DNA of 64,000 bases from Octopus sinensis (taxonomy: Eukaryota), in assembly GCF_006345805.1 (NCBI RefSeq), contig NC_042997.1, positions 19,034,001-19,098,000 on the forward strand, given 5' to 3'. This document shows, piece after piece, positions 26,925 through 41,611 of the stretch. Below the pieces are notes generated by a model that saw only the letters and a program-made list of their open reading frames with translations, was not told the origin of the DNA and did no database searches. The number at the start of each line of letters is the position of its first letter. Position 1 is the first letter of the stretch. The translations under genes and the position numbers were made by a program.

Positions 26925-29817
26925 AGAATCCATTGTTGAATTTGGTCCCCACCAAATATAGAAATGAATTGGGTGATATTCATGCTTACCTGACATGAAT
27001 GATATGAGGTGGAGTGAAATAACTTCTTCCGAGAAGAGTGAGATTTGTTTGTGACAAAAAGTATATTCCACAGTTTAGTTTAAATTTCATTTACTCATGA
27101 TAAATTTATGTTCTATATTCATTCAAAATCAATGGTTCCTCTTTGCTGTGTGTTTGTGTATGGAAACGTTTTAAAACTTAAAAAGGAATAAATGGTCACA
27201 CAGAAAGATTTCAAGATGAAATCAGATTTTTTGTTAATTGAAGAAATTTGAGTGCTGGTTACTCACTGGTATTTGTACATAATTTGCAAAGGAAGTCAAA
27301 GTTTGTATACAACAAAGTTTGTATACAACAAAGTTTGTATGCAACAAATTTCCAAGTACAGCAAAGAAATTAAGGGAAACATTGCTTAAAATGCCTATGT
27401 ATCATGTCAAGTGCTAGCTGTATTTATTAAATTTGGTATGTTTTGTTTTGTTTGCAATCAAATGGAGAACATTCCATTGCTGTCTTTCCAATAAGTTGAC
27501 CTCTCTACATATATGATGTAAGCTATTTCAGCCATACATTGATTTCACTATTATTGCATCCCCCAACCTCCAGACCTGTACAATGCCTTTCTTCTCAGAA
27601 CATTAGCCTTTTGGAATTCCCTCCCTGCTCATGTCATTCTAGCAGGTGTAGACTTACAAAGGTTTGAAGGGGAATAGTAATGGCATTAATTTCATTATAT
27701 AGGAAAGCTTATGAAAGCCATGAGCCTGGCTCCTTTCTCCAGACAAAAAAAAATAAATAAATAAAACAAACATTTGGGGTAAGTTACTCACCAGTGACTT
27801 ACTTCATTTCAGCATGTAACACAAAGTTCTTACAGTGGCACAAGGCCAGAAATATGTGGGTGAGAAGTAGCTGATTAAATTAACCCAAGATTTAAGCAGT
27901 ACCTTACATTATTAACTCAAAACAAGGTGAAATCTAAGATGATCTCAGCATGATTTGAGCTTAGAATGTAAAGAACTGGCACAAATATCACAAAGAATTT
28001 GTCCAATGTCCTAATGATATGTAATCTACCATGCTTTAGATAGATTAACTAATAGAATTTAACAGATTTTTCATATCACCAAAACTTCTAAACAAGATTA
28101 TATTGGCAACAATTTACAAGATCTATCTAGAAATCTAATTTTAAACTGATTCTTTGGAGAGATTATTATGTTTTTAATCCTATCATTTCTTATTCTTAAA
28201 TAAAATCCAATTGTATTAAATGTAATTTAATATCGCAACTCATCGTCATGTGAATTTAAGATTACATATTTGTAACCATGTAGCTATGAGTTCAAGCTTT
28301 ACTATAGCTGTTGAGTGATATCAATAATAAAGATCTTTACTATATCTACATCAATCTGATTGGCTGGCAACAGGCTTCAGTTCCTATTTCATGGATGAGT
28401 AATTAGCAGTAAGAAAGATACCCAGCTTTTAAAACTATTAGCACCTAATTTGTGAATACCACCCTCCATATGAAAACATGAAGAAATTGATGGAATATAG
28501 CAAATGCAAGAAAATTAGTGTCCCCTTTTTTTTATCTATTTATTGTCTTTTGTGTTTTTGAAAACAACATTTTTTTACTGAATGTGTACCTGTGTGAGTG
28601 TATATCAATTGAAGTAGAAGAGGAAAAAGAGAGAGAAGGTGAGAAAGAGAAAGAAAAATATAGATAAAGACAAATAGAAAAGAGTAAATTAAGATAAAAA
28701 TATTTGAAAGGACAATAAACATAATAAAAGCAGAAAATGAAAGATGATTTGAATAACCTTTTTTAAGCAAAAAAAAAGGAAAAACAACAAAACCTATCTT
28801 TAGGAATGTTATCAGATATTCTACTGATGGAATGTTGTTTTATCTATTTATTTGCAGAGTTTACTTAAGAAAATTGCAACTGTACTTTTGTTTCAATGAA
28901 TAAACACACTGGTAGACATTTTCATAAAGAACTATATCAGAAATAATGAGATGCAATAAAAGGCTGCATTCCTTCATATATTTATTTATTTACAATTTAT
29001 CATCCATCAGGTTTCATATTTGCACACATGACAATGCCATGGGTAATGAAATGCTGGAATGACTGTTGTGATTTGTAGATAAGTCCAAAAAGGGAAAGGA
29101 GCCTTTATGACCTCATCAAACATGTTTCCATATATTTCGAACATTCCTGGAGGCTTAATATACATATTTTATGCCATGGGGCTTGATCTGAATAGCAACA
29201 TTCCATTGCAATCAGCTAATATCAGAAATTATTCTATAATCTGAAGGTCAAAACAATACAAAAGTTGAGTCAAATCATTTTGTTCAGCAGGATTTGTGAT
29301 AATTATTTATTTAAATATTCATTAGAATTTAAAATTCTCTTTGGAAGATAAATAATTATTAGAAAAAAATTACTATTTCAAAGTAGGGTTGATATTTATC
29401 TCCTGGAAACATTAATCTCATATTTGACTTCTAAGCAAAAGATGGCAACAAGAATTTATTGACTGGTTGATCTCTATAAAAATTCCACAGTTTTGAATCA
29501 TAATGCAGATTTGTTATAATGTCCATATCATGTGGACTAAATTTATGTCAGTCTGCTATATTTTATTCCATTCAGGAATAATTTCACAGAAGGTAATTTG
29601 AGATTTTCTTTGGCATTTTTATTATTTTTCCAATTTCTTCTGTGAATCATAATAAAACATTTACATAATTTGCACGTTTATATCTCATATATCCTTTGGA
29701 ATCTAATCTTATAGATTAGTCACAAGATATATGTAATGCCAACAGGAGTTCATTCTACTCACTGTAGTAATAACTTTTTTCATAGATGACAATTATAACA
29801 CTTATTTTAGGAACATA

Positions 29818-29881
<64 letters not shown>

Positions 29882-30544
29882 TACTACATTACATTAATAA
29901 TCAGAAGAGAATAGTTAAGATCATCAATGTTCATTAGTCAATCAGTGCATGTTACATTTTTGTACATTTTCTAACTCAAAATATCTAGTAGGTCTAAATA
30001 ATGACTATCAAAATGGTAATGGTAATTGAATTCAGTAATTTAAAACTTTCTTTCTAAGAACAAAATAATATCTAAATACAGTGACTCCTATTAAATTTAA
30101 GCAGGAATTAATAAATGGTGAGATTGACAAATAAAATGAGATTTCATGGGAATATAAAAGAATTCTAATGTTACTTTTAATCAGCTACATTTATTTAACA
30201 TTTATACTTGTTATAACAGCTGAAAATTAAGACAACAAAAATTAAGAAATAAACATCTATTATTCTGAAAGGTTATAAGATCATGGTGAAGTTTTAAAAA
30301 TTTAACGTAGAACTAGAAAAATGAAGTAGAGCCAGCAACCACGTAGCTGCAAGTGTGGTTTAATAACATATACAATGCTTTTGCTAATTGTTAAGGTGCT
30401 TATGTTAGCCATGAACAATAAGTATTGTCTCGGCCTCATCACCCTTGATCTAATTGAATATCTGATTGGCAACAGTTAGATGAAGAACGAGCTGCACCAG
30501 CAACTGGTTGGATTCGCTTAAATCTGAAGATACTATCGCAATCC

Positions 30545-31140
30545 CCATCATCATCATCATCATCATTTAACATCCGCTTTCCATGCTGGCATGGGTTGGA
30601 CGGTTTGACAGGAGCTGGCCAGCTGGGGAACTGCTTCATGTTTTGGCATGGTCTCTATGGCTGGATGCCCTTCCTAACACCAACCACTTCACAGAGTGTA
30701 CTGGGTGTTCTTACATAGCACTGGCATGGGTGGCACCAGCACCTATGAGCCCACAAGATTAGGAATGCTCAGCTGGAGAAGGTTGCAGGGGATGAGCCTG
30801 TATGCAAGGACAACCACGTTTTTACTTAGCTTGACATATCTTCTCCAGTATAGCAAACCACGAAAAATCTCAGTTCCCTGTTAACCCCTCTGTGAGTCCC
30901 AGCATCTGTAGATCCATTCTCATCACTTCGTACCACATCTTCCTGGGTCTGCCCCTTCCACATGTTCCCTCTACAATTAGAGATTGGTGCCTCTTGGTTC
31001 AACTGTCTTCATTCATATGCATTACATGACCATACCATCAAATTCTTCCCTCTTGCATTCTTCATCCAATGCTTTGTATTCTCAGTTTTTCTCTCAAATC
31101 ACTTACACTCTGTTGTATATGCACACTGACACTTTGCATA
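30545..31140 (-). mobile_element. Degenerate RTE 3' fragment
   Basis: (CAT)n tail, family UTR, and antisense ORF-end motifs (cttcctgggtctgccccttccacatgttccc). Confidence 0.75.
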
Positions 31141-33052
31141 TGCTCCAGCAGAGCATATGAAACACAAGAACTGCCAACTTCATGTGTCAAGTTCAAAGAA
31201 GAATGAATATAATATTTTAAATACTATTTTGGAAAATTGTCTACATTCTAAAGAAAATATTTTGAATCTTAAAGATTTATTCATAGAAGTGTATTTTTAC
31301 ATTCTTAGCTATTTTCTTTTTATACAATGGGTTTCTGCTCACTAAACTCTTTCAATCAGCATCAACTATTGTCTATTTTCCTTTCAGCATTCAAAGCATT
31401 TATCTCATAATTTCTTTTTATGAAGTTGTCATACATGAAGATGTTGAAGTACACAGCTTCCCCTGGCTTGCATACTCTTTCTACACAACACTTCTGGCAC
31501 AGAAGCCAAATTTATTCCCATTCTGAAATATCTGCACTAAGTGGTATCCTATCTGTATCCTTAATGAACACAACAACATACCCTTGATCTCTTTCCTGAT
31601 TCCAAATCCAGATTTACCTACAAAATAAATGTCTCTGAATTCACTGGTTTGTCCATTCACTGCCTAATGAAGGCAATACACCGCATAACCTTCCTGCACA
31701 AATTCTTCGAGCCAGCTAACTGGTTGAAGTATTGCCAGGTCAGCACCAACCAATTATTCCTGGCTGAAAATATATTTCCACCCCCAGACTATTTGTAACT
31801 TGTCATTAGGTAACTAAAAACTATGCTTCTAGAAATATCTTGTCACATTCCTCAAATGAATAAAATCCATAACCTCAAAACTGTCACGATTTATTCACAG
31901 CTATGGGCTAAGACTGTATTGTACAGAGTTCAGCATAGATAGACACATGCAGTAACTGAGAAGATGGATCTGTGGGTCACACTTCATCAGTTGGTTGACT
32001 GCCTACACACCATTTGATAGTGCAACAACAACAATGGCAACAACAGCCAATTACATCTTATGGAGAATATTAAAAACTTTTTTTCTAAAATTAATGTTCA
32101 GACATCTATCAGTTGAAAATTGAAAGTCACTTCAAAGAAGTCTGTTATTCTCATTTTTCATTCATTAGAACTTTATTTTCTTCAAATGCTATTCATCTAA
32201 TCATACATATTTATTTGTTTGTTTGGTTGGATTTTTTATTTTATCTCTTTATCTGTTTATTTTGAAATAAACAGGCAACTTCAGAGGAAGAAATGTGAAA
32301 CAATTTCTTCAGTTTCTTTCTAGAAATATTGGTGTTGGTTTTTCAAAAATATTGTTAGTTTTAGATCTTCTTATCAAAAAGTAGTTTTAAGATAAATTAC
32401 TTTGAGTGATGGAGATCACAAAAACCTCTGTGCAGTTTATACACATACATATATTTATGTATATGTATATGTTTCTGTGCATATGTGATTATATATATGT
32501 ATAGAAACAAACACAGACATACACACACACACACAATCACACATATCTATTGATTTCTAGCCTAGACACAAGTCTTCAAGCTCAGGTGATGGGTATAGTC
32601 GATTAGATCAACCTCAATACTCAATTGCATACTTTCTTTTATAGACCACTGAAGGATGAAAGGAAAGGATTGACACTGATATTCGTTTGTTCATTTAACA
32701 TACATTTTCCCAACTTCTCTTTGGTTGGGTGATGACTTATTTGAAGCAGGATGTTCTTTCTGTCGCAGGTGGATGGTCTTCCTGTTTCTAATCCTTATCT
32801 GTTTTACAACTAAGGAATGTTTTATTCTACAAGTCTTCAAACGCACAGAGTGAGTGGTCATGAGATCAACAAGGAATATCAGTATCACATTGTCAGGTGG
32901 TGATAAGTAAAACCATGTGATATGAATATTCATGTACATTTGCACACTCACGCACACACATATATGTATGTATATACATACATGTATACAGACACATACA
33001 TATATATATGCATATATACATATATAAGTACATATACATAAAAATGCATGCG

Positions 33053-33098
<46 letters not shown>

Positions 33099-33149
33099 GT
33101 ATGTATGTATGTGTGTGTATACATAAACATGCATAAAGATATATACATG

Positions 33150-33505
33150 TATGTATTCTTTTAATCTTTTACTTGTTTCAGTCATTTGACTGCACCCATG
33201 CTGGAGCACTGCTTTGAAGGACTTTAGTCGAACAAATTGATCCTAGGATTTATTTTATAAGCCTGGTTCTTATTCTATCAGTCTCCTTTGCCGAACTGCT
33301 AAATTACAGGAACATATACACACTGATACTGATTGTCAAGTAGTGGTGGTGGTGGTGGTAGTGGGACAAACACAGACTAAAAAACACACACAAATAAATA
33401 TATACATATATATATATATGATGGGCTTCTTTCAGGTTTTGTCTACCAAACCCACCCACAAGGCTTTGGTCAGCCTGAGGCTATAACAGACGACACTTGC
33501 CCACA
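33150..33505 (-). mobile_element. Family 1 SINE, 5'-truncated
   Basis: Reverse complement of the tail (cttttacttgtttcagtcatttgac) and body (acaaggctttggtcagcctgaggctata). Confidence 0.75.
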
Positions 33506-33540
33506 GTATATATATATATATAGATATATACATACACAAA

Positions 33541-33895
33541 TATCATCATCATCATCACCATCATCATTGTTTAATGTCCATTTTTCATGTTGGCATGGGT
33601 TGCATGGTTTGATTCTGACTGCCTATTGTGGCTTGGTTTCTAGAGCTTGATGCCCTACCTAATGCCAACCACTTAACAGTATGTGCTAGGTACTCTTTAC
33701 ATGCCACTGGCATGGGTGCATTCAGACAGCACCAGAATGGGGGTGCCTTTTATGTAGCACTGCCACCTGAAAGGAGAAGCCTGTATGCATGGAAAACAGT
33801 AATTTTTACTTAGCTTGACACGTCTTTTCAAGTACAGCAAATTGCCACACCTCCCGGTCCCTTGTCATTTCTTCAGTGAGGCCCAGGATCCAAAG
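33541..33895 (-). mobile_element. RTE 3'-end copy, degenerate
   Basis: (CAT)n tail plus family UTR motifs. Confidence 0.7.
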
Positions 33896-34669
33896 AGCCT
33901 TCTTTTTCTTTTCTTTTCATATATACGTATATATATATGTGTATATATATATATATTTATATATCACACAAGATTATGTAAATGACAATGGAACAAGAAG
34001 TAGGGCAATGGATTTCATTAGTTACATTACTGCTATACGATGAAATGCACTCATAGATGAGTTCTTGTGTATCACAAATGTTTTCCCAAATAAAATTGCA
34101 GCTCAGTTTTGAAGCCCCAATGAAGCCATAATGTGATAGGCAAGCATTTAGCTATGACTGTATTGTATCTTATAGCAGAAACAGCTGTGAGCTATTGAAG
34201 TACATTATATAATTTCTTGTTTTATTGTCTCTACTTGACTAATGCTTTTCTCAGAAGCATATGTATAAAGAATCCTAACACCAGTTTATTAGTATTGCTG
34301 TGCTTAAACAAAATATTAGAATATGCATACATATGCCACAAATTTCCTACAGTTTCCATCAAGCAAATTCGTTCAGAAGGTATTAGTCATTGCAGAGCTA
34401 TGATAGAAGACACTTAAGTTAAGGTGCCACAAAGTAGGATTCAATGCAAAACCATGTGGTCATGAAGCATACCTCTTAACAAAAGAGCTATACCTGCACC
34501 TTTACTTACATATATATATGAGCAAAATACCCACCATCCAATGGACAGTGCTGAGTTGTCAAACATTTAAACCAAATTTTCTCAAAACAACTTGTCTGAC
34601 CGTCCCATAGGCCTCCCCTTTGAGAAACACTGATTTAGCCTAAATTTGAGACACCAGCAAAAGAAGAAA

Positions 34670-35080
34670 TAAAGATAGACTTTTTTCGATTCCAAAGAAA
34701 AACGATTTTATTCACACAAATATGCAACTGAAGAGTTCAAAGTACCAGTAATGATAAGGTTGTTGACTGGGAGAACACAAACATGGTTTAAACAGTAAAC
34801 TTGGCAGGAAAGAAAAGTGACTTTAAGCAGTACAAAAACAACAAAGAATGGAAGGTGCAGTTATGTACAGGTTGATGGAAGAAAAGCAGGACAAAAACAG
34901 CTTTATAGATCACATTCTCACCTGGAATCGATTTTTGTAATCTTTTCAAGATTTATACACGTCCTGATACCGTCGGTATCTACATATCAAATTTGAGTGT
35001 AATCGGATGGAGGATGCCCGAGATCCAAGAAGACGCACACACACATACAGACAGAGAGAACAGATTCTATATAAGATATA
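34670..35080 (+). mobile_element. Possible non-autonomous Helitron/Helentron-like element
   Basis: Hairpin GATACC-GTC-GGTATC near 34966, then atcaaatttgagtgtaatcggatgg, a CA/CAGA microsatellite and a TA end. Short inverted TCGATTCCA/TGGAATCGA near 34686 and 34923. Retains CpGs. Confidence 0.35.
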
Positions 35081-36201
35081 TATATATATATATGCATGTG
35101 TGTATATATATATATATATATGTAAATGTATGTGTTTATACATGCACTATTCATCAGAAAAGACCTTAGTGCATTAGTAATGGTTTTTAAATACTCAAAT
35201 TCATGATTGCAATTGTTTATAACTTCTTGTTTTCTCTAAAAGATACTTATCATGCATTTAAAATGTTGATGTTTTCCTTCAACACCAGCTTATATAGGAA
35301 ATAGCATAGCTGTTGAAATCAAACCTAATAGCTTAGATATACTTATTTTAACTATTTAAAAGCTAACATAACCTACAGAAAAGGGAAGCATTGAATTTGA
35401 AGTAACAAAACACTTGATAGTCTAACTTTGCCCATTTCTACCACCCTAGAAATAGCCACCAAATCTTTTGAAAATTACACCCTATTATTTCAGAAAATGG
35501 TATATTGGATAGTATTATTCAAAATACAATATACTTGCAACTAAGCCAGCTATTAGGCTGCAGTGCCTTTGATCATAGGTCTGGCTCGATCATGGCAGAC
35601 TTTTGAGTTAAATAGCAAAAATAAATAAATAAATAAATAAGGGAACGATATAGCCCTAACTATGAAATGCAGCCAGTGGCATCACAATAATGGCCAGCAT
35701 TACCGGAATTAAATGTCAGCAGAGCTATAACATTTAAACGGATATTGCAAATAAGAATACAAGTATAATAAAATAAAGATCAATGTAAAAACAAAAATGC
35801 AAAAAAAAAAAAATGTTTTCAATACAAAAGAAAACAATGAAACGGCAGAAAGAAACAAAATAAAGAACAGGTGAATTCATAAACGTGCAATGTAGGTGAT
35901 CTGATTCTTTAGCTATTATAGTAGTTATATCTACTTAAATGTTCTGTAATATTTCAACTTTCAATACAATTCATTTTCCAATGATCAAAGCAATTATTTC
36001 TCTGTATTCTCTAAACTTTGTGTTTCTTTCATTGAAATGATTTCTGATTGTGTTTCTTTCGCTACCAAAAATCATTACAATGAATTTAATTTCCATACAA
36101 TGTTTCATTAGACCTAGTTATTTATACTTTTCTCTGTTCCAATTATAGAGTAAAGAAATAACTCAAGTGTAGTGCTATATGAGACTTATGTTGTAAAAGT
36201 C

Positions 36202-36475
36202 TCCCGAAATATACTTTGATCATTTTAAAACGTATGTCAAACCAAAGTGAAATCATGTGTTGAGGAGATTCGAATTCAAGAATAATGGGATCGGTCAGCA
36301 ATCTCGATCACATTTCATAACAAATCAGTGTCATGACCCTGATAAAATGATCCAAGACAGAATCATATTAGGAACTAAGCCAGAATCAGTGACAGAAAAA
36401 TTTCATAATCAAAGTGATCATCTAACATGATATAGTTAGTAAAAAGTATCAGGGCAAATCTGTGAACATACAGAA
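36202..36475 (+). pseudogene. Second Ty3/Gypsy gag relic, different family, no LTR seen
   Basis: PEIYFDHFKTYVKPK*NHVLRRFEF...DKMIQDRIILGTKPESVTEKFHNQSDHLT resembles the gag motif FxxYxxPKxN...MIRDRIVxG...EKL. Confidence 0.55.
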
Positions 36476-37260
36476 ATAATACACTCACACCTTGAAAGAA
36501 CAATGTGAACATCCAAAGAAAATATTCAAAATTATGTACCAATAACAAAATATGCCAATGTCAAGGTCCAGCAGATATTTTGAACACTGAAAAATTACTT
36601 AATACTAATAATATTAAGATAATAATCACTTAACATGGAATATAATCTCAAAGCAATACATGTGGCAACAAACACATGAAAAACATCATTTGGTCAGTAT
36701 GAGATAAGACATGTATGATGTACTAAAAATACAACAATTTCACTAAAACATACAGTTGTGGAAAATCATCCAACTTAATAAGGTCTCTGAATGAAATATG
36801 GAACATGTTTCTATCTTAGTTTCATGTTTTATGTTTACAGAAGTAATTACTTTTCTATACAAAATAATTCTACTAATATTCATAATACCAGTTATTATAT
36901 GTATTAAGGAATTTATAAATATTCACTTCCTTCGAATCTCACACCTGTAGTATGCAACTTTGATACACAGTCTCAACCTAAGATATAATGAAATTCTATC
37001 AATTGATTTGATATTATATGTAGTCCACTTAGCCCACTGAATGCATCCTTTACCTCTGAAAGTACAAACTGCCATTTAGAGGATGTCCTATCTATGTCAC
37101 CCTAGATTATTAACCATGTAAGTTCTGCTTCTCAACTCCTTAATAAATGAGTTATGTAAGATATGCCAGAAACTTGTCTCTAATTTTCGCATTGTTGTGA
37201 GAACACTGCCTATCCTCGGATAATAATTTTGTGAAGAAACACCTTTTAACTTTGGCCCTT

Positions 37261-38868
37261 AAATAGTTAACCTGGTTTTTTTAATGATTATGTTTCACTT
37301 GCCAGATGTCATAGGTTTTGCTGTAGGCCCATATAAGTGCTTGGTAGGCATTGTACTCTTTAACTGTAATTCTCATATATATATATATATATAGAGATAG
37401 ATATATAGTAAAATCAGATGTAAAACAGAGAAGATAGAATTTGAAATACAGTGTTTCATCATCATTTAACATCTGTGGTTCCATATTTGCATGGATCAGA
37501 CAAAATTTGCTGAGGAAAAAGTTTCTATGGCTGGATTCTTTTGTCGCCAAACATCACCTGTTTCACTTGTCATAGATTTAAAAATAACAAAACAATGTCT
37601 GTAAAGATAAGGTTCATAATGGGGAAGTTCTTGCCATTGACACTCAGTACTTTACAAGAATTCACTGAACCTAAATTGTTTCTTTGTGAATGCACCATTT
37701 TTGTGCACTCAAACGCATTTTTTACTGTAAATTTTATCATGTATTCTTCTAAGCTATAGCTACAGAAGTGAAGATCTACAAAGATTCTGAGGAAGAATAC
37801 CAAGTTATCACTGGTGATATACAAATGTATGAAAACTTTCATAGGAACATAATCTGAAATCTGTTTTTAGTGCAGTAGGAAATAGAAATTTTGAAGAGAA
37901 AATGCAAGTCAACCTGAAGTCAAGTAGTTTGATTATATATTATTGGCCAAAAGTGTCATATTCTACAAAGGTATGCCATCATTGGTATGAAAATTACAGA
38001 AATCAATAAGGGATTACATGCTGAGTTTTCTTACTCAGTTGGAGAACCATGAATCATGAGCTACTGTAGTAAAAAGCAATACATTAAAACCATTTATATT
38101 GTCAGCAAGATATACTCTTATAAAAGCAAAATGCATTGTGCTCAGTCAAAATAATATATATATATTATAAGTATTTAATAACATGATAGTTTCATTTGAT
38201 ACATATCTACCAAAGTAGGTAAACAGAAGCTACTAAAATCAACATTTCTATGGCGGTATTTATGATTGTATTTGAAGTGTAACTGATATTTACTAACTTA
38301 ACAGTATGTTTAGAAACATATAACATAGGTGTAATGCTAAATGCCTCATTAGACTAAACTCTATGCTGAAGTACAAACTACTTCTAATAGATCAAAAAAG
38401 TTGACATTGACTGACTATATATGACACCTTCAATCAATCACTTAATAATAGGCAAAACAGAAAAACAAAAGATTATGTTCCAGGTGAGTTATTATTAAGT
38501 TGGATATTTTTCAGAATGTTAACATCCTAATTTCAAAGTTAAATGGTTAACCTTGTGTTTTTAATGATTATATCTCACTCACCTGATGTCATAGGTTTTA
38601 CTATAGGCCTGTACAAGGGCTTTGGTAGACATTGTAATCTTTAATTGTAATTCTCATATACGTTGTAAATGTAGCATCAGGTGTAAAACAGAGAATAAGG
38701 AATTTGAAATATAGTGTTTCATCATCATCCTCATCATTACCATCATTGCCATCATTTAACATTCCTGTCACCAAACCTCACTACTTTCACTTGTCATAAA
38801 TAAAAATAAAGAAATGCCTGTAAAGATAAGATTCATAATGTGGAAGTTCTTGCCATCTGCACTCAGTA
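37261..38868. repeat. Local direct duplication: 37261-37649 and 38541-38868
   Basis: Colinear blocks (gatgtcataggtttt..., aattgtaattctcatata, taaaacagaga, ttcacttgtcata, ctgtaaagataag.ttcataatg.ggaagttcttgccat), roughly 75-80% identical by eye. Confidence 0.85.
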
Positions 38869-39084
38869 TAGCTATAGGAAAACAACCTAAAAAGATATAA
38901 TCACTGAGGTTATTTAACTTTCTGATAGTAGCTATAAAATTTCCATCACACCACATCCTTTTATAATCAAAATTGTACTGATGTAATGATGATGATGGTG
39001 GGAATGCCCTTTGATTATCAGTCTCTTTACATAGATGATCTAGTTTTAAATAAGAACCTGAAGAAGTAGTGTATTTCTAAAACA

Positions 39085-41228
39085 AGCTGAAGTATTGAAT
39101 TCCCAAGTCTGCAAGCCGAGGGGTGGTGACGCTGATCAGAAAGGACCTGAGCAAGGGGGACGAAATTAGCAACTTCCGGCCCATAACTCTGCTAAACACA
39201 GAGTTAAAGATTTTGACCAAAGTGTTAGCAAAAAGTTTGGCGTGGGTCATGGACAAACTTGTAGGGAAGGCGCAAACTTGTGCCATCCCAGGCAGGTCGA
39301 TCCAAGACAATCTCCATCTTCTACACTACACCTTAGAGAGGGTAGGGAATCTTTTTGGTACAGGAGGGGCACTGGTACATTTAGACCAGTCTAAAGCGTT
39401 TGATAGGGTCGACCACTGGTACTTGGCGGCAGTCCTTGAAAAGGCTGGCCTAGGCCCGACCTTCCACGGTTGGATTGCGGCTTTGTACAGCGACATCGAG
39501 TCTGCAGTCAAAATAAATGGATTTTTTTCAAAACCATTCAGGATCGAACTCTCAGTTCGTCAGGGGTGCCCCCTGTCTCTGCTTTTGTATGTACTGACTC
39601 TAGAGCCACTGCTTCGGAAGTTGGAAGCACTAGGGGGTGCACCGAATGATCTGTGGTGCGGAGGTGGAGCTATGGCGTATGCGGATGACATTTCCATCAT
39701 TGTGGCGGATGAGAGCTAGCTTCCAGTGGTGGAAGAGGCCATCAAAAGTTACGAGGTGGTGGCAGGAGCAAAGGTTAACAAGGACAAGTCAGTCGGTTTG
39801 CAACTCGGCACTTGGAGAGGCAAGCCGATGATGTCCAATAACGTTGTAGGGTGTTGGACGAAAGGTCCTGTTAAACTGCTTCGTGTTTGGTTTGGACCAG
39901 ACCTCCAGATAGAGAAAAGTTGGAGTGAGATAGCCAGTAAGGTGACTGCTCTAACCCAGACCTAGTCTGGGTGGGCATTATCCTTGCTAGGAAAGGCGGA
40001 GGTGGTGCAGATGTTTATAGCATCTGTTATCACCTATTGTCTGACCATGGTGCCTTGCCCTGATTTGTGGCTGAACAAGTTAGAGAGAATCATTTTCCGC
40101 TTTCTATGGAAAGGAGGAAAGCCTCTTGTGAAGTGCTCTGTCTGCTGCCAGAAGCCACTAAAGGGTGGGCTAGGGATACCTTGGCTGAGGATGTGAAAAT
40201 TCGCGTTAAGGTTGAGGCACCTCTGGCTTTACCTGGATGGAGAACAGGTCTGGTCACCGCACATCCGGTCCTACCTTCCGAGGTTAACGTCCTTAACGGA
40301 CATTGGTACAGGGATCAAGCAGAGACCTAAACTGGGAGAATGGAATTTAGGGTGCCGTCAGGCACTTCAGCTACTCTCTCGGGCGGGCAATGCTGGCAAC
40401 AGAAGTTGCACCGTGGATTATTGGGATTCATGTCTGAAGGTGCCTTGGGGGGAGACCCTGGGCTACAATGAAAATCAGCTGAGCAACCTGTTCAGGAGAA
40501 CATTCGGGCCGAGGTATCTGGATAATTACCAGAAATCCCTGTCTTGGCAGTGCTTCTGTGCAGCATTACCGGTTCGTGATAAGCTGTTAGGGCATGGAAG
40601 TGCCGTCTCGCTGTCATGTTCGAGGTGTGGGCAGGACAGGGAAACCATCTTGCACGCATTTGTGGGATGTCCGAAATTATCGGGATTGATAGCTTTCACA
40701 GAACAACTGTTGTCATCGATGGGAGGAGTACAGCTATCAGCTGACTCCATTATCGAGATTGTGCCACTTTCTTCCCTTAGCGGGGAAAGGAAGGCCTGTT
40801 TTTACTGTGTGGTAGCCATTTTAAAAGAAATGGTATGGAAGACATGTGTGAAAGGGATTGTGACGGGTACCTTTGTATCCGGCCAGGGGTTGGTCAACTT
40901 TTTTAGCTACCACCTCAGCAGCAAGATTAGGCTCGAGAAGCAGTACTTGTCACGTGAGAAATTTGAGAAGAGATGGAAGCCTGTGGTAAGAAAGCTGGGA
41001 GTGATTGGCACCAAGTTAGTGGAGCCCTGGAAGAAAAGCAAACGCTTTTCTTTGGTGTCACATTGCATAACGCAATGTATTTTATTCTACTTTATCCTTA
41101 ATTATTCACCTTTCACATATTTTTAATCGATTCATAACAACTCTTTAAGCTACTTCACCATTCTATGTTTGTCTGTCCATGTTTGTCCCCTCTGTATTAT
41201 GCCTACATGGCAAATTTATTGAAATAAA
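39085..41228 (+). mobile_element. 5'-truncated Tx1/L1-clade LINE: RT plus C-terminal CCHC zinc domain, with stops and frameshifts
   Basis: NFRPITLLNTELKILTKVLA, LDQSKAFDRVDH, SVRQGCPLS, AYADD, GGLGIP, LPVRDKL...CSRCGQDRETILHAFVGC; T-rich 3'UTR and AATAAA near 41223. Confidence 0.92.
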
Positions 41229-41607
41229 GTAGCTTGCTTACCAGCCACATGGATCTGGGTTCATTCCCACTGCATGGCACCTTGGGCAAGTATCTTCTAC
41301 TATAGCCTCGGGCCAACCAAAGCCTTTTGAGTAGATTTGGTAGACGGAAACTGAAAGAAGCTCGTCGTATATATGTATGTATATATGTATGTGTGTGTAT
41401 ATGTTTGTGTGTCTGTGTTTGTCCCCCCAACATCGCTTGACAACCGATGCTGGTGTGTTTACATCCCCGTCACTTAGCGGTTCAGCAAAAGAGACCGATA
41501 GAATAAGTACTAGGCTTCCAAAGAATAAGTCCTGGGGACAATTTGCTCGACTAAAGGCAGTGCTCCAGCATGGCCACAGTCAAATGACTGAAACAAATAA
41601 AAGAGAA
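41226..41607 (+). mobile_element. Family 1 SINE with truncated head
   Basis: As for 6896-7295. Confidence 0.85.
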
Positions 41608-41611
41608 TTTT

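Noticed and set aside
27297-27345. Three tandem copies of CAAAGTTTGTATACAA
   Set aside because: An ordinary short slippage duplication with no sign of function.
28859-29240. Strong splice acceptors at 28858 (+) and ~29232 (-)
   Set aside because: All three frames reach stop codons quickly; these cannot be told apart from pseudo-exons or UTR exons without transcript data.
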